Notes under the pieces: model-generated | Seen by the model: only the letters and a program-made list of their open reading frames with translations | The model's database searches: none | What the model was told of the DNA's origin: nothing | In this document: positions 45,033 through 62,260 of the stretch, piece after piece | Position numbering within the stretch: position 1 is the stretch's first letter | Layout of the letters: each line of letters opens with the position of its first letter | Assembly (NCBI RefSeq): GCF_009914755.1 | Contig: NC_060936.1 | Length of the DNA: 64,000 nt | DNA from: the human T2T-CHM13v2.0 reference genome, Homo sapiens | Strand: one strand, 5' to 3' | Position numbers and translations under genes: made by a program

Positions 45033-46049
45033 ATGGGGAAAAAACAGAACAGAAAAACTGGAAACTCTAAAACGCAGAGAGCCTCTCCTCCTCCAAAGGA
45101 ACGCAGTTCCTCACCAGCAATGGAACAAAGCTGGATGGAGAATGATTTTGACGAGCTGAGAGAAGAAGGCTTCAGACGATCAAATTACTCTGAGCTATGG
45201 GAGGACATTCAAACCAAAGGCAAAGAAGTTGAAAACTTTGAAAAAAATTTAGAAGAATGTATAACTAGAATAACCAATACAGAGAAGTGCTTAAAGGAGC
45301 TGACGGAGCTGAAAACCAAGGCTCGAGAACTACGTGAAGAATGCAGAAGCCTCAGGAGCCAATGCGATCAACTGGAAGAAAGGGTATCAGCAATGGAAGA
45401 TGAAATGAATGAAATGAAGCAAGAAGGGAAGTTTAGAGAAAAAAGAATAAAAAGAAATGAGCAAAGCCTCCAAGAAATATGGGACTATGTGAAAAGACCA
45501 AATCTACGTCTGATTGGTGTACCTGAAAGTGATGTGGAGAATGGAACCAAGTTGGAAAACACTCTGCAGGATATTATCCAGGAGAACTTCCCCAATCTAG
45601 CAAGGCAGGCCAACGTTCAGATTCAGGAAATACAGAGAACGCCACAAAGATACTCCTCGAGAAGAGCAACTCCAAGACACATAATTGTCAGATTCACCAA
45701 AGTTGAAATGAAGGAAAAAATGTTAAGGGCAGCCAGAGAGAAAGGTCGGGTTACCCTCAAAGGGAAGCCCATCAGACTAACAGCGGATCTCTCGGCAGAA
45801 ACCCTACAAGCCAGAAGAGAGTGGGGGCCAATATTCAACATTCTTAAAGAAAAGAATTTTCAACCCAGAATTTCATATCCAGCCAAACTAAGCTTCATAA
45901 GTGAAGGAGAAATAAAATCCTTTACAGACAAGCAAATGCTGAGAGATTTTGTCACCACCAGGCCTGCCCTAAAAGAGCTCCTGAAGGAAGCACTAAACAT
46001 GGAAAGGAACAACCGGTACCAGCCGCTGCAAAATCATGCCAAAATGTAA
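45033..46049 (+). CDS. ORF1: LINE-1 ORF1p RNA-binding protein / nucleic-acid chaperone (intact, 338 aa)
   Basis: MGKKQNRK...NHAKM at canonical length. REKG, ARR and YPAKLS motifs are intact. Confidence 0.96.
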   Translation: MGKKQNRKTGNSKTQRASPPPKERSSSPAMEQSWMENDFDELREEGFRRSNYSELWEDIQTKGKEVENFEKNLEECITRITNTEKCLKELTELKTKARELREECRSLRSQCDQLEERVSAMEDEMNEMKQEGKFREKRIKRNEQSLQEIWDYVKRPNLRLIGVPESDVENGTKLENTLQDIIQENFPNLARQANVQIQEIQRTPQRYSSRRATPRHIIVRFTKVEMKEKMLRAAREKGRVTLKGKPIRLTADLSAETLQARREWGPIFNILKEKNFQPRISYPAKLSFISEGEIKSFTDKQMLRDFVTTRPALKELLKEALNMERNNRYQPLQNHAKM

Positions 46050-46085
46050 AGATCATCGAGACTAGGAAGAAACTGCATCAACTAA

Positions 46086-49589
<3,504 letters not shown>

Positions 49590-50724
49590 TTCCTCAGGGA
49601 TCTAGAACTAGAAATACCATTTGACCCAGCCATCCCATTACTGGGTATATACCCAAATGACTATAAATCATGCTGCTATAAAGACACATGCACACGTATG
49701 TTTATTGCGGCATTATTCACAATAGCAAAGACTTGGAACCAACCCAAATGTCCAACAATGATAGACTGGATTAAGAAAATGTGGCACATATACACCATGG
49801 AATACTATGCAGCCATAAAAAATGATGAGTTCATGTCCTTTGTAGGGACATGGATGAAATTAGAAACCATCATTCTCAGTAAACTATCGCAAGGACAAAA
49901 AACCAAACACCGCATATTCTCACTCATAGGTGGGAATTGAACAATGAGATCACATGGACACAGGAAGGGGAATATCACACTCTGGGGACTGTGGTGGGGA
50001 GGTGGGAGGGGGGAGGGATAGCATTGGGAGATATACCTAATGCTAGATGACGAGTTAGTGGGTGCAGCGCACCAGCATGGCACATGTATACATATGTAAC
50101 TAACCTGCACAATGTGCACATGTACCCTAAAACTTAAAGTATAATTTAGAAAATAAATAAATAAATAAATAAATAAAAAAGAATTTTGTCATTCGTTTTA
50201 TCTCAAGCTTCTCACAAAACCTGAAAACTAATGATGTGTTCTGATGTTTCTGCTTTGGAAATTAGCATATACACTCTTCATTCGGTCAGTTTGTTGAAAA
50301 GCCCACTCTAATTCACTGGGCCATTTTCTACCCATCCTTTCAAAGTTCTACTCCAACAATACATGCTCTAAGAAGGTCAATTCTCTGGCCCCTGAAAGTT
50401 AAGTTGCTCTCATCTCCTCGATATGTAAGTGATAGCTGTAATACATCAATGCTTCATATGTCTGTGTACCCTAAAAGACTTTCCTACACTGAAGCAAGGG
50501 TGTGCAATTTGGTTTTGGATCTGAAGAGCTTAGCACAAATCCTGAAACAGTAAGCCTCAAAACAACTTGTAGAATAAAGAGGTGAGATGGGAGTACAGAT
50601 ATATAAGGATATATACAAGCATACTTTATGGAAACTCCCATTTATCAAGCTATCAGACTTATAGAAACCACAAACATCTGGAAAGAAGCCACAGAATCTG
50701 GAAGTAAGGGGAAAATAAATAAAT

Positions 50725-51015
50725 AATACTAAGAATGACCTACTATGTGCCTGACAGGCACTTTGAAAAGTTTCTTTCATTTAATCTACACAAGAAACTT
50801 TTGCTGTTACAAAAACTTAATAATTATTGAGCACTGTTATTTGGCAGGCACTGTGGTAAGCACTTTAAAGATTTTTTAAATTTCTTTCATCATCACAAAC
50901 TCCAAGCATGGGTTCTACTATTATTGCCATTCCTCAGAGCAAAGAGGTTAAGTAACTTTCACAAGATTACACAGCTAACAAATGTCAAAGCCAAGATGAA
51001 AATTCAGGTAGTCCC
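50725..51015 (-). mobile_element. MIR fragments
   Basis: caggcactgtggtaagcacttt...gaggttaagtaactttcacaagattacacagcta. Confidence 0.7.
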
Positions 51016-51099
51016 TAACATTTGAGATCTGAAGTAAGCATGACCTTAATGCAAAGGGATTCTAATACAAACATTTACAAATCTGTAAGCCAAGAGAAA

Positions 51100-51480
51100 T
51101 CAACTAGAGGTAAATGTTGTTCATAGAAGTATATGAGAGCAATAATGAGACACTCCAAGAGATGTTGGAAATAAGGCAAATAAGACAATTAGAGATATAG
51201 AAGGCCACTTTAAAGATTGACTAATATATTCAGAATGATTCCATGCATATAGCACACAAAACTGGCAGAACAAAGTATATTTAGCAATATATACATAGAT
51301 TATAAAAAAGCAAGCAAATGACACAAATGTCAGGATACTGGTTTTCCTTAAAGAAAAGAGAATGTATTGTAGTCATGGGAGCTTCGGGGTATTGTAAATG
51401 ATTTATTGACTTAGGTGGTTGATATTTGGGTGTTTGCATTGTAATCCTTAAATGATATACATGTTTTATGTGATAACAAC
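51100..51480 (+). mobile_element. Old L1ME-like 3' end
   Basis: atgattccatgcatatagcac-aaaactggcagaac...gagcttcggggtattgtaaatg. Confidence 0.55.
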
Positions 51481-51680
51481 AACAGTGACACCTCAGCGTC
51501 TTAGCTCTAGAGCCCATGCTCCATTACACCCATAGTGTGAGCTAAGCAGAAGTCAGGTGATTGCCTGTCCCCATGGCTGAGTACTACTCATCACTCCTGA
51601 CCTACCTTAAATATCATCTCTAACTCTCCCATTTTAGTAGGTCCTCCCAATCTTTTTACCATCATTTATTGCTTAGCACT

Positions 51681-52391
51681 TGTGATGGTTAATTTTACAT
51701 GTCAACTTGACAGGGCCATGGGGTGGCCAGATATTTGGTAAGGCATTACTCTGTGTGTAGTCTGTGAGAGTGTTTTTGAATGAAATTAACATCTGAATCC
51801 ATAGACTCCGTAAAGCAGATTGTCCTCCCTACTGTGGATGGGTCTCATCCAATCAGTTGAAGACCTGAATAGAACAAAAAGGCTGACCCTCCCATGAGTA
51901 AGAGGGAACATGTTCTGCTTGACTGTGTGAGCTGGAACATCAATCTTTTCCTGCTTTCAGACTCCAACGGAAACATCAGCTCTTCTTGGGTTTCAAGTTT
52001 GCTGGCTTTCAGAATGGAACTTATACCACTGGCTCTCCTGATTCCCAGGCCTTTGGACTCAGACAGGAGTCACACCATCAACTCTCCCAGGTCTCCAGCC
52101 TGTCAACTGCAGAAGGAAGGCTACTCTAGACCCAGTACCTATTATAATGACCAGTAGATAACAGACAGCCAGTCAATGGGGATTAAAAAAGCAAGAAATA
52201 AATAAATGTCATACAGCCGGTCAAGTAGACAGACACAGGCTTTGATCCAGCTAGCTCTCTACCATCAAGCCTCCTTACAAGTCACACATTCTTTATATAC
52301 CTTGGGATGTCTCAGCCTCCATAATCATTTCTTATAATAAATCATATATATCTCCCACTGGTTCTGTTTTTCTAAAACCCTGACTAATACA
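51681..52391 (+). mobile_element. MLT2D-like (ERVL) solo LTR carrying a ~185-bp insert
   Basis: tgtgatggttaattttacatgtcaacttgac...ccctgactaataca with TSD gcact/acact. Confidence 0.88.
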
Positions 52392-52419
52392 ACACTAAAG
52401 ACCTTAAGACTCCTGGATA

Positions 52420-53375
52420 ATTTTTTTAATATGTTTTTGGTTTTATTTCATGTACTTTTATTCTAGGAAAACATAAAATTTACTATCTTAGTCATTTTAA
52501 GTGTACAATTCAGTTGTGTTAAGTACATTCACATTGTTGTGACATAGATCTTCAAAACTTTTTCATCTTGCAAAATCGAAACTCCATACCTAGTAATCAA
52601 CAACACCATTTTCCCCTCTTTCTCTAGTCCCTGGTAATCACTCTCTACTTTCTGTCCCATTAATTTAACAACTTTGGATACTTCATATAAGTGGAATCAT
52701 ACAGCATTTGTCTTATTCTGACTGGCTTATTTCACTTAGCATAATGTCCTCAAGTTTCATCCATGTTGTCACATGTGACAGGAAGTACTTCCTTTTTAAG
52801 GCTGAATGATATTTCATTGCATATATATATCACATTTTTGTCATTTCATCCATGAATGGACATTTGAGTTGTTTTCATGTCTTGGCTGTTTTATGTAGTA
52901 TTGCTATGAAAAAGGGTGTGCAAATATCTCTTTAAATCTCTGCTTTCAATCATTTTAGGTCTATACCCAAAAACAAAATTGCTGGATAATATGTTAGTTT
53001 TATTTTTAATTTTTGGAGGAACCTCCATACTATTTTCCGTAGCTGCTGCACCATTTTATAGCACTACTAACAGTGCACAAGGGTTTGGAATTCTCCACAT
53101 TCTTGCCAACATTTATTTTCTGTTTGTTTTGATAGTGGCCATCCTAATGTATATGAGGTAATATCTCATAGTTTTGATTTTCATTCCTATGACGATTAGT
53201 GATGTTAAGCATTTTTTTCATATGCTCATTGGCCATTTGTATATCATCTTTAGAAAAATGCCTATTCAGGTTCTTTGCCCATTTTTAATTGAGTTATTTG
53301 ATCTTTTGTTGTTGTTGAGTTGTAAGAATTCTCCATGTATTTTGGATATTAAACCCTTATCAGATATATAATTTG
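52420..53375 (-). mobile_element. 5'-truncated L1MB
   Basis: aacataaaatttactatcttagtcattttaagtgtacaattcag...cttatttcacttagcataatgtcctcaag. Confidence 0.85.
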
Positions 53376-56300
53376 TTCTGGTTTTTAAAATAATAACTTT
53401 ATTGTTTCTGGATGTCTTTCTCATACTAGTTTGGTAGCTCCACGAAGTCTAAGTCTGTTTCTTCTCTGCTCTACACCCAGCACCTATTATAATAACCAGT
53501 AGATAGTAGATGGCCAGTCAATGGGGATCTAAAAGCAAAAAATAAATAAATGGCATGCAGCTATTAAACAGATGCAGGCTTTGAGCCAGCTCTCTACCAT
53601 CAACCTTCTTTATGACACACATATGCTTTATAGGAAAGGTAGAGTCTTCTTTGGACTGGAGCCTATTGACTTCTTATTGGCTATACAATTTAGCAAACAT
53701 TCACCTGGCTTTCCCTAGCCTTGACTTTTGCCCTAAATGACCAATGCTGCAAATTAGATGCTGGTAGTTCCAGAGACGAAAAAAGATCTCAGAAAAAGAC
53801 TCACTGAGAAGTGAGACCTAATAAAAAGAAAGTCAGAAGCATCGCCAACTTCAATAGCAACGGAGGATATGTGACGCAGGAAAAAGCAGTCTCACACGTG
53901 GATTTTTCCCCAACAGCTTCATATAACGCTGTAAGAGTGATGCTTACGCAAATGGTCTTCCCAAGAAGAGTTAAATTCTGTGATTTTACAGGCAAATATG
54001 TTTTGAAAGATTTTGTAAAACAAAATGGTTACAATAAAAGAAGCCTGATGTTTTAAGAAGAAGAAATTTCACCAACATGAACTGTTTTCTTACCCAAAAA
54101 TCTTCAAGTCCTGAAAATAACAAAGAGTAATGTACATGCCTGCAATAAATGCGCACCTATATGTGTAAATGTCCTGGCTCAAATTAGGCAACAGTAATTG
54201 GATGTAAGATGAAAATTAATGTCATGGTAAAGATGGGGAAAAGTCAGAACCACACAGGAAAGCCTTGGCAACTCTATGTCTGGAAAACAAAAGCTATAGA
54301 AGGAAAGGACATGAAGGGCATAGAAGAAAAAGGAAAAGTAAAGATGGCGTTTGAAGGAAACATAGTGTATCATTTTTTCTTTCTCCGGATGACACTAAGG
54401 CATACACTACAAATTTCAAAATAAATTAGGAAACCAGTACACAAAGCTAACAATGTGCCATAATTTCTTTGGTACCTCTACCAAATTAATCACTGTGCAC
54501 ACCTATTTTGTAAACTGATTGATCTTAATGTTTATGGCTTTAGTCTGAGCTGTCTGTAAGGAGCAATATTCACTTAATTAAAAAAAAAAAGCTAAATAAA
54601 TCTTAACTAATATACACTTGAGAAAAAAACACGAAGCATTTTAAACAATGTAATTACCAAAGATCGCCAAGCCCAGAGTAGCAACTTGACTTCTTCCTAG
54701 TGTTACTGATGGCTAAGTGGTGAGGAAAACTAATTACCAAAGAAAATAATTCTCATCTATACTGCTACATTTCCCCAGCCTTCTTTATTTATGTGTGTGC
54801 ACACATATATAGTCCCAGGTCTCTGCAAATTCTATCATCTGTTTAGGTGATGACTGACAGGAAGGTAGACAGATGTAGCCAAGACAGATATCTGCACAGC
54901 CCATTTTACACCACAGACTCTCTGATGTAAAAATGTCCCACCTATTAATATTTCAGTGTTTTCTTTAATTATTTTTCTCTATTAGGTAATGATAAAGAAG
55001 CTATGAGACTTTCAATGACAAAAGGATTAATAAAATGTAAAATATTAAATACTGAAGGTGTATATCAAACTTTTTCATCTTCAATTCACTTTGCATGCCC
55101 CTTTCAGAGTTTTTATATTTTTATTCCCTGTTCTTGTGGTCAAGTTTTGATAGTAAGTCAAGTTAACTTATTCTTTCCTCAATTTCCAGTAATTAAATAT
55201 TTTTTCTTGCTCAGATCAACGCGATAAACTTCAAGAACTAACACAGATAAGCCCATTGGAAACAAAAAGACCTTCAGAACACAGTACTTGCACTCTACTA
55301 TTAACAGAAAAGAAAAAAGCAACTGACGTCTTTATCTCTTTATATATAAACTTCATGTATCTATACCGTAGTTTTCCAATTGGTTAATCTTTAGGATTCT
55401 ATCACCTTCAAAATTGCATAACTAAAGCTATAGAAAATTGTATTATATAAATAAGAATTTAAGAGGTATCATTTACATGTCTCAGAATCAGGCATTCTCC
55501 CTAATTAAATACGTGATTATATGTATGATTATATATATGGTCACATAAAGAACCGAGTACGTGTTTTTGCACCCAAGATCAAGTTTTTTAGATCATTTCT
55601 CCTCTTTTATATTTTATAAAAATAAAAATACATGTTATATTAAAATAGCCCAGAGAACCAAGACCAAAGTCTGGCTAGATTTCTACTTAATTTAGTAGTC
55701 AGTAAAAAGCCAGAAAACATTATCCAAGGCAAGACTATAAAAGTATCTCTTCATTGCATCCCCTCCTTATGTTTATCGTTTCCTCCATGAATCAATACGT
55801 TCTTCTTGAGGTGAAGAGAAGCAATAATAGTCATTGAGCCAGTTCAGTGTCCTGAGAACCTATTGCCATGGGAGAGCACTATGCACTTTCCAAAGAAAAA
55901 AACTGACACTCCCCTTAAAAAAAACCCAAAAACATAACTTTGTAGTATTATCATCCACCTAGTCTGTGTTTTTAAGGTGGTTATTTTGTTTGGATTACAG
56001 GTCTCTGTAATAAAAAAGTTAAATACAAAAGATACTAATCCACTGCAAAATAGGTGCAAGTAAATACCAACTTCCAAGTCAAGAAGATAATTGAGGAACT
56101 CAAAAAATGGGGTAATTGCAGTGAAGTTATATTGTAGGATAAAGGAAAATAAAACACACTATAATTCAGCTTTTCTTTGAGACATAATTACTGTCAATCA
56201 CTCACTGGGAAGTTCACATTTCTTAAAGTTTGCATTATCATTTATTTGCTACATTTTTGTGGGATTTTAACCTATACAAAAAAAATGTGTATCCTTATTA

Positions 56301-56654
56301 ACCAGTGGCCTCGGTAAAGAAGATACTTTATAGTAACACACAGGACATGACAAAGAGTTTTATGATTGCTGTACAATTGGAGGAGTCTGCCTCAGCATCT
56401 TCCCCAACCTTGAAGCTCCTCATCCACCAAAACACCAGGGCATGGTTGGAGAAACCCAGCACCACATGTCACATGTCACACTAACACAGAGAACTGAGCA
56501 AAGTGTGACAAGATCAGACACAGACATAGGACATTTCGCTAATAGTGCGGTGTAGTCACCGCACTACACAGGCATTTTTGAAAAGCGTATTAAGAAAGAA
56601 CATACTTTGAAATTCTATCATTACCTAGAATTTTTTTCATGTTTGCATTTGTTT

Positions 56655-56918
56655 TTTATTTTTCTTATTTGTAGAAATTAAAGACGTACAAGTGCAGTTT
56701 TGTTACATGGATATATTGCATAGTGGTGAAGTCTGGACTTTTAGTGTAGCCATCACCCAAATAGCGTACACTGAATCCATTAAGTAATTTCTCATCCCTC
56801 ACCTTCCTCCCCACCTCCCACCCTTCCAAGTCTCTAGTGTTTATCATTTCACACTCTACATCTGTGTGTACACATCATTTAGCTCCCACTTACAAGTAAG
56901 AACATGTAGTATTTGACT
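56655..56918 (-). mobile_element. L1PB4-like 3' end
   Basis: gtacaagtgcagttttgttacatggatatattgcatagtggtgaagtctgg. Confidence 0.85.
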
Positions 56919-58008
56919 TGGATTTATATAGAAATAAAGTTCTAGAAACAGATGCTGAAGTTAAAGCATGAACTTAAGGCAACTACAGAGCTAGTAATAG
57001 GAAATAATAAAAGCACGGTGTTTTTTAATCCACTCAAGATTTTTAGGGAAAACACTAATTTATTTTCAGGGGAGGGTAGAACACTATTATGTAGCATTTG
57101 GAATTTGTAATATAAAAATATAATTTAAAGTTAATTGCTTGAAAAACAAGAGTCATCTCATTCATAGTATGGATTTGGTTATTCTCAATATTTTTCTTAC
57201 CTGTGTAGTTACTAATTAAAACACAAAACACACACACACACACACAAAATTTGGTATTATTGCTTACAGATATATTGTTGGGGTGGACTTGAGCTGACAA
57301 GACAATATACTTCCATGGGTAAGGTGGGCACAGCAGGTAATCAGAATCCTTCATGTAACTTTGTCCAAATGATGCTTAATTTTATTTTTGTGAGCTGCTT
57401 ATTACAATGTTAAATTCAATCTCAATTTGGTGCAAAATGAGAAACTCATGTATGTGAGTGATACTAAGCAACCTCAGTATTTGAAACTAGAACAGACAAA
57501 AAAGTCTCTAGCTATTACATTAACACAGATACTTCGACTTCGGGAACTTTTTCTCATAGGAAGTCCTATTTCAGGGTTCATTGACTTACACAAAATCATT
57601 AAACAACAGAAAAGATTTATTAACCTGAAGTTTCATTTATTTTATAACTGTTAGAAGCTTACCAGGTACTAAGATAATATAACCCTTCCTGAATACTCTT
57701 ATATATCACCATCTCAAGAAAGAATATATTGAAGTCTTGATATGGTAGACTACATCATCTGGAAATAATATTAGTTTTACTAAAAATGTTGAGTCTTAAA
57801 TTTCACATATTGTTAGAGTAATAAAATAGTATCTGGATTGTAAACTTACTAGCTGCTATTTATTGCTTAATTTAGAGATGGTGTTAACATAACTTTGGGG
57901 CACACATAATGTTAACTATACAATTTAGAAGAAAAACTAAAGCACCATATTATCCTGTTTACCTTCACAGAATAGGTGCTAGAAAAATTATTTAATTAAA
58001 ACATTGTA

Positions 58009-58398
<390 letters not shown>

Positions 58399-59417
58399 TC
58401 ACAAGGAGGGGTATGTTTTTTTAAAAAAATTGCAAAACTAGAACTCCATGAATCTCACAAATGTCTTAATTTAATGTACATGGTTTTCACAATGAACATA
58501 ACAGTGAAAGATATGACTCAACCACAAGTTAAGTACATAGGGTGATTTTATTTGTAACAATTTTTGGGGGGCCAGGAAGCTCTCATAATGTCTCAAGTGT
58601 TATAATCTTAGCGATTTTAAAACAAATATCTCAATGGTATGTACAAATTTTAAAATTTAGGCTCAATTATAATTCCTCTGTAAGATAAGAGCATGAGATT
58701 TAAGTGGCAGACAATAACACACGAATAACAGTGATCAGAAAGCTAGATTCTAGTTTCCCACAAATATATGCATACTAGCTAGATTTTTTTCAAACACTTT
58801 CGTTCTATATTTGCTAAACATTTTCAAGTATCCTATAGCAGAGTCAAAAAACTCCATTTTATTGCATTCTATTTTAGTGGATTCTTTGTAAAGAATTATT
58901 TAGCAATGCATTCCTTTATTGGCTTTATACATGCTGATTTTCATATACTAATACATCTTAAGTTGAGAAAAATACATAATCCTTATCTTTTGTTGGTGGA
59001 TAAAGAATTTCACTGATAAAGTAAAATAAAACATCTCATTTACTTCCATGTTTCTCCCCTTCCTCCATCTTCTCAAAATCAAAAAATAGGAGAGAAAATG
59101 AATAATATTGATTTGATAATTCTTTGCTTAGAGACCCTAATTTTTCTGACAATTAAGAGAGTTATAAAATGACTACATTTTCAGTACACATAATAATATC
59201 TGAAAATGTAGTTGGGTTTGTTTTTCTTTTAAAAATCTGAAGTTTTGTTTTCACAGAAAAACAGATGGTGTTTTTTTGGTTTGAGGGTGAAAGTGGTAGT
59301 AGAATTTTGTTTTGTTTTGTTAAAAAAAAAAAAAAAAACAGGTGTGACAATCATTTTCTCCTGCTACTGTATTAGCACATTTAATTGCTAAGTTCACAGG
59401 CAGCCTTCTCAATTCTT

Positions 59418-59436
59418 TTACCAGCAGATGGTGAAA
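59418..59436 (+). promoter_or_regulatory. Candidate CTCF-binding motif
   Basis: CCAGCAGATGGTG (59421-59433) closely matches the CTCF core CCASYAGRKGGCR. Motif match only. Confidence 0.35.
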
Positions 59437-59877
59437 GTGATTTTAAAAGAGGAATAAGAATTTTTCAAGAACCATTTCAGAACAGCATGAGATCTGCTCT
59501 TTCTTCAATGGGTGTGTCAACATCTGATGAACACTAAGAAAAGTCACATCACTGCATCTACAGTGTATTTGCCTTTAATTACTTGACAGTTATCCAAGTT
59601 TTGTAAAATTACTCACACATTATCTACCAAAGTACTATCTGCTTGCAGTGACTATCTTCAAATGACTTTATAACTATTGGCTAATTAAAACTTCACAATA
59701 CTCCTACAAAATATGTAGGTAGAAAGTTTTACAAGCTTTGTTTCACTGAGTTCCCAGGTGTATCGCTGACAGAGATGGCAGTTAAATGTAAGTTCTGAGC
59801 TCACAAGGATTTATGCCCTGTGCCAGCATTTGCTTCTCAAATGGCAATGACTAGCTTTTAGAATAAGGAGATCTTTG

Positions 59878-60660
59878 GTGTCACAGACACAGTTACTTCT
59901 CCATTACCCATCCCTTTTTTCCTTCTCAGCTAATAGAACCCTAATTCTGTCCAGAATAGCCATAGACAAAGAAAAAGTTCTGACACTTGTTAAAACAGTA
60001 GGGAAGACTTTATTCATGACTATTGCAATATAGGATAGAGATTGGGCTCAACTCTGAATACAGCAAAGACAGCTGGGGATTGTAGCCCAGTTTCAGAGTG
60101 AGGGGTCAGTGGATGGAAAGTTACTAAGAGGAGTCATCAATGGTAAAGGGATTCTTCTGAAGTCAGGCCAAGGACATAAATTAAAGGTGGGGGATGAGGA
60201 ACTTGATTAGATATCAAAGTTGATCAAGTATCGAAAGTGGGGGAATTCTCACTAAACTGACTTAGCAGGATTCTTTGCTGAGATTGGACTGAGCAGGCCA
60301 AAGACAGGACTGGGGACAAGGTCAAGGCCCATTAGAGAAGACGTTCAGAGGAGCCTGATGAAAGTTGGTCAAGGAGAGAGTTTGCCACTCTATACTCAGC
60401 TAAAAGTCCGTATCTCCTCTGCAGGTGAGTGCAGCATGTTGCATGGTTTTGAAAAACAACATGTAAGAGAAAGTCTGCTGGAAAGTTTGGAGAAAGTTTT
60501 CACCTTTCTGATGCAGGCCTGCCTCTTTCCCTTATTTCTTTCCTGGACACAATGCATCCCTATAGTGATCATTGGGACTAAAACCATGCTAAAGATGATG
60601 GACAAATAGAAAGAGCTTAGGACATTGATGAAAATGTGGAGCCATTGACACAACCTTTAC
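59878..60660 (+). mobile_element. LTR33-like (ERVL) LTR interrupted by MER31
   Basis: tgtcacagacacagtt...gctaatagaaccctaattctgtccag, resuming after ~60389. Confidence 0.55.
59962..60388 (-). mobile_element. MER31-family (ERV1) solo LTR
   Basis: tctgacacttgttaaaa...cagaggagcctga...ttggtcaaggagagagtttgcca is the reverse complement of the MER31 start. Confidence 0.78.
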
Positions 60661-60679
60661 TCTTTGCTTGTCTCCTCCA

Positions 60680-62260
60680 ACCTCCATCTACAATAGCATC
60701 TCACCCCAGCTCCTCAGTTAACCTACATTAGCAACCTGGTGTGTTTCCTCTCATATTTTCTCATATACTCATACAAAGACCTAAATGTGAACAGAAATAT
60801 TGTGTACAGATATGTATACAGAATTTACTTTTCATTGTTTTATTAAAATTGAGCCAAATTATTAATCTTCCATTTCTCTCACACAATAATACCTCATAAC
60901 AATCCCTCCAAGATATCCAGTATAGCTCTAACATTTGCTTTTTAACAGCTGCCTAGTATTCCAAAGTATGGATATACCCTAGTGCCTTCTTTTCTGATTT
61001 TTGACAGAACAAAAATGCCATAATAAATGTTTTCTTATACGTATATGCTTTTTTTATTCTATGGTATAAATTTACAACATTGCATTTCTAAATTTTTCTA
61101 GAGACTTTTTGAAAGCGTCCATTTATATCAACAATAGATAAGTACCTTTTTCCCTGTATTCCTACCAATAATTTGTGCTACCAGTTTTTTTAATTTCTGC
61201 TATTCTAGTATTTATAAAGTTATATCTCATTTTTACTTTTATTTGCATTTCCTACATATATATTTAAGTATCTCTTTATTTGTCTGTTGGCCATTTGTAC
61301 TTCCTCTTCTGTGAATCATATATTCATAACATTTGTCTATTTTTCTCTTTGTCTGTGTCTTGCCAACTTTCTTGTTTATATAGATATTAACCATCACTAT
61401 TACATGTGTTTTCCAGATCTTCTGTGTGTTTACCAACTCTGTTTTCGGTATGGGTTTTCATACATAGGTTTTCAATTCTTAACTGACTAAGTAAAACCCA
61501 TTATTTTTTCTATATAGGTAACGGACTATTAGTCTAAGGAGATTTCCTAACCACCATATTTTTGAGACATTTACAGATTTTTATTTTTCTTCATATATTT
61601 CAGTCTGCCTGAAATTTATTTTTGAACATGGTATAAGATGGGGTCCATTTTTATTCTTTTCCAGAATAAATTGCAGCCGCTATATTTGCCAATATGAATT
61701 CATTATATTTATCATATTCTTTATTTCATATTCTCTTCTACTAATCGTCTTTTCTTGTATTGACTTGATTAGAGGGGCTTTATTGTATGCCCTGATATTT
61801 TTTAAAAGCCTCCTTTTAATTCATCCTTCTTGCATTTTTATTGGCTGTTCTCATACATTTATTTTTCCATGTAAACTATAATTTCACCCAATTAAAAAAT
61901 TTGTTGGATTTCTAAATAAAATGGCATTAAATATATATGTTAATTTGGGGAAAGTTGATATTTTCATAATATTGCCTCCCTCATCCAAGAGCATGCTATG
62001 CCTAATCCTTTATTCAAATTTTGTTTGAGTATTTTAATTAAATGTCACATGGTCTTTGTATAGGTCTGCTACTCTTCTTTTTAAATTTAGTTCTAAGAAT
62101 TTTAGTTTTGTCAATATTTTAAAGGTAGTGTTTGTAGGCATTTCTTGCTAGAGTAAAGAAAATCTATTGATTCCTTTTGTTATGTAGTCCATATCTGGCC
62201 AACTCACCAAATTTTCTTATTAATTCTATCAGCTGTTTTTATTCAATTATAAATGTCTTA
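60680..62260 (-). mobile_element. Old L1ME-like fragment
   Basis: T-rich antisense L1 motifs (gttggccatttgtacttcctcttctgtgaat, ctcatccaagagcatg). Confidence 0.65.

Noticed and set aside
53811-54056. 81-aa ORF over the CpG-retaining patch
   Set aside because: GTG start and no recognisable homology. The patch is better treated as a regulatory candidate.
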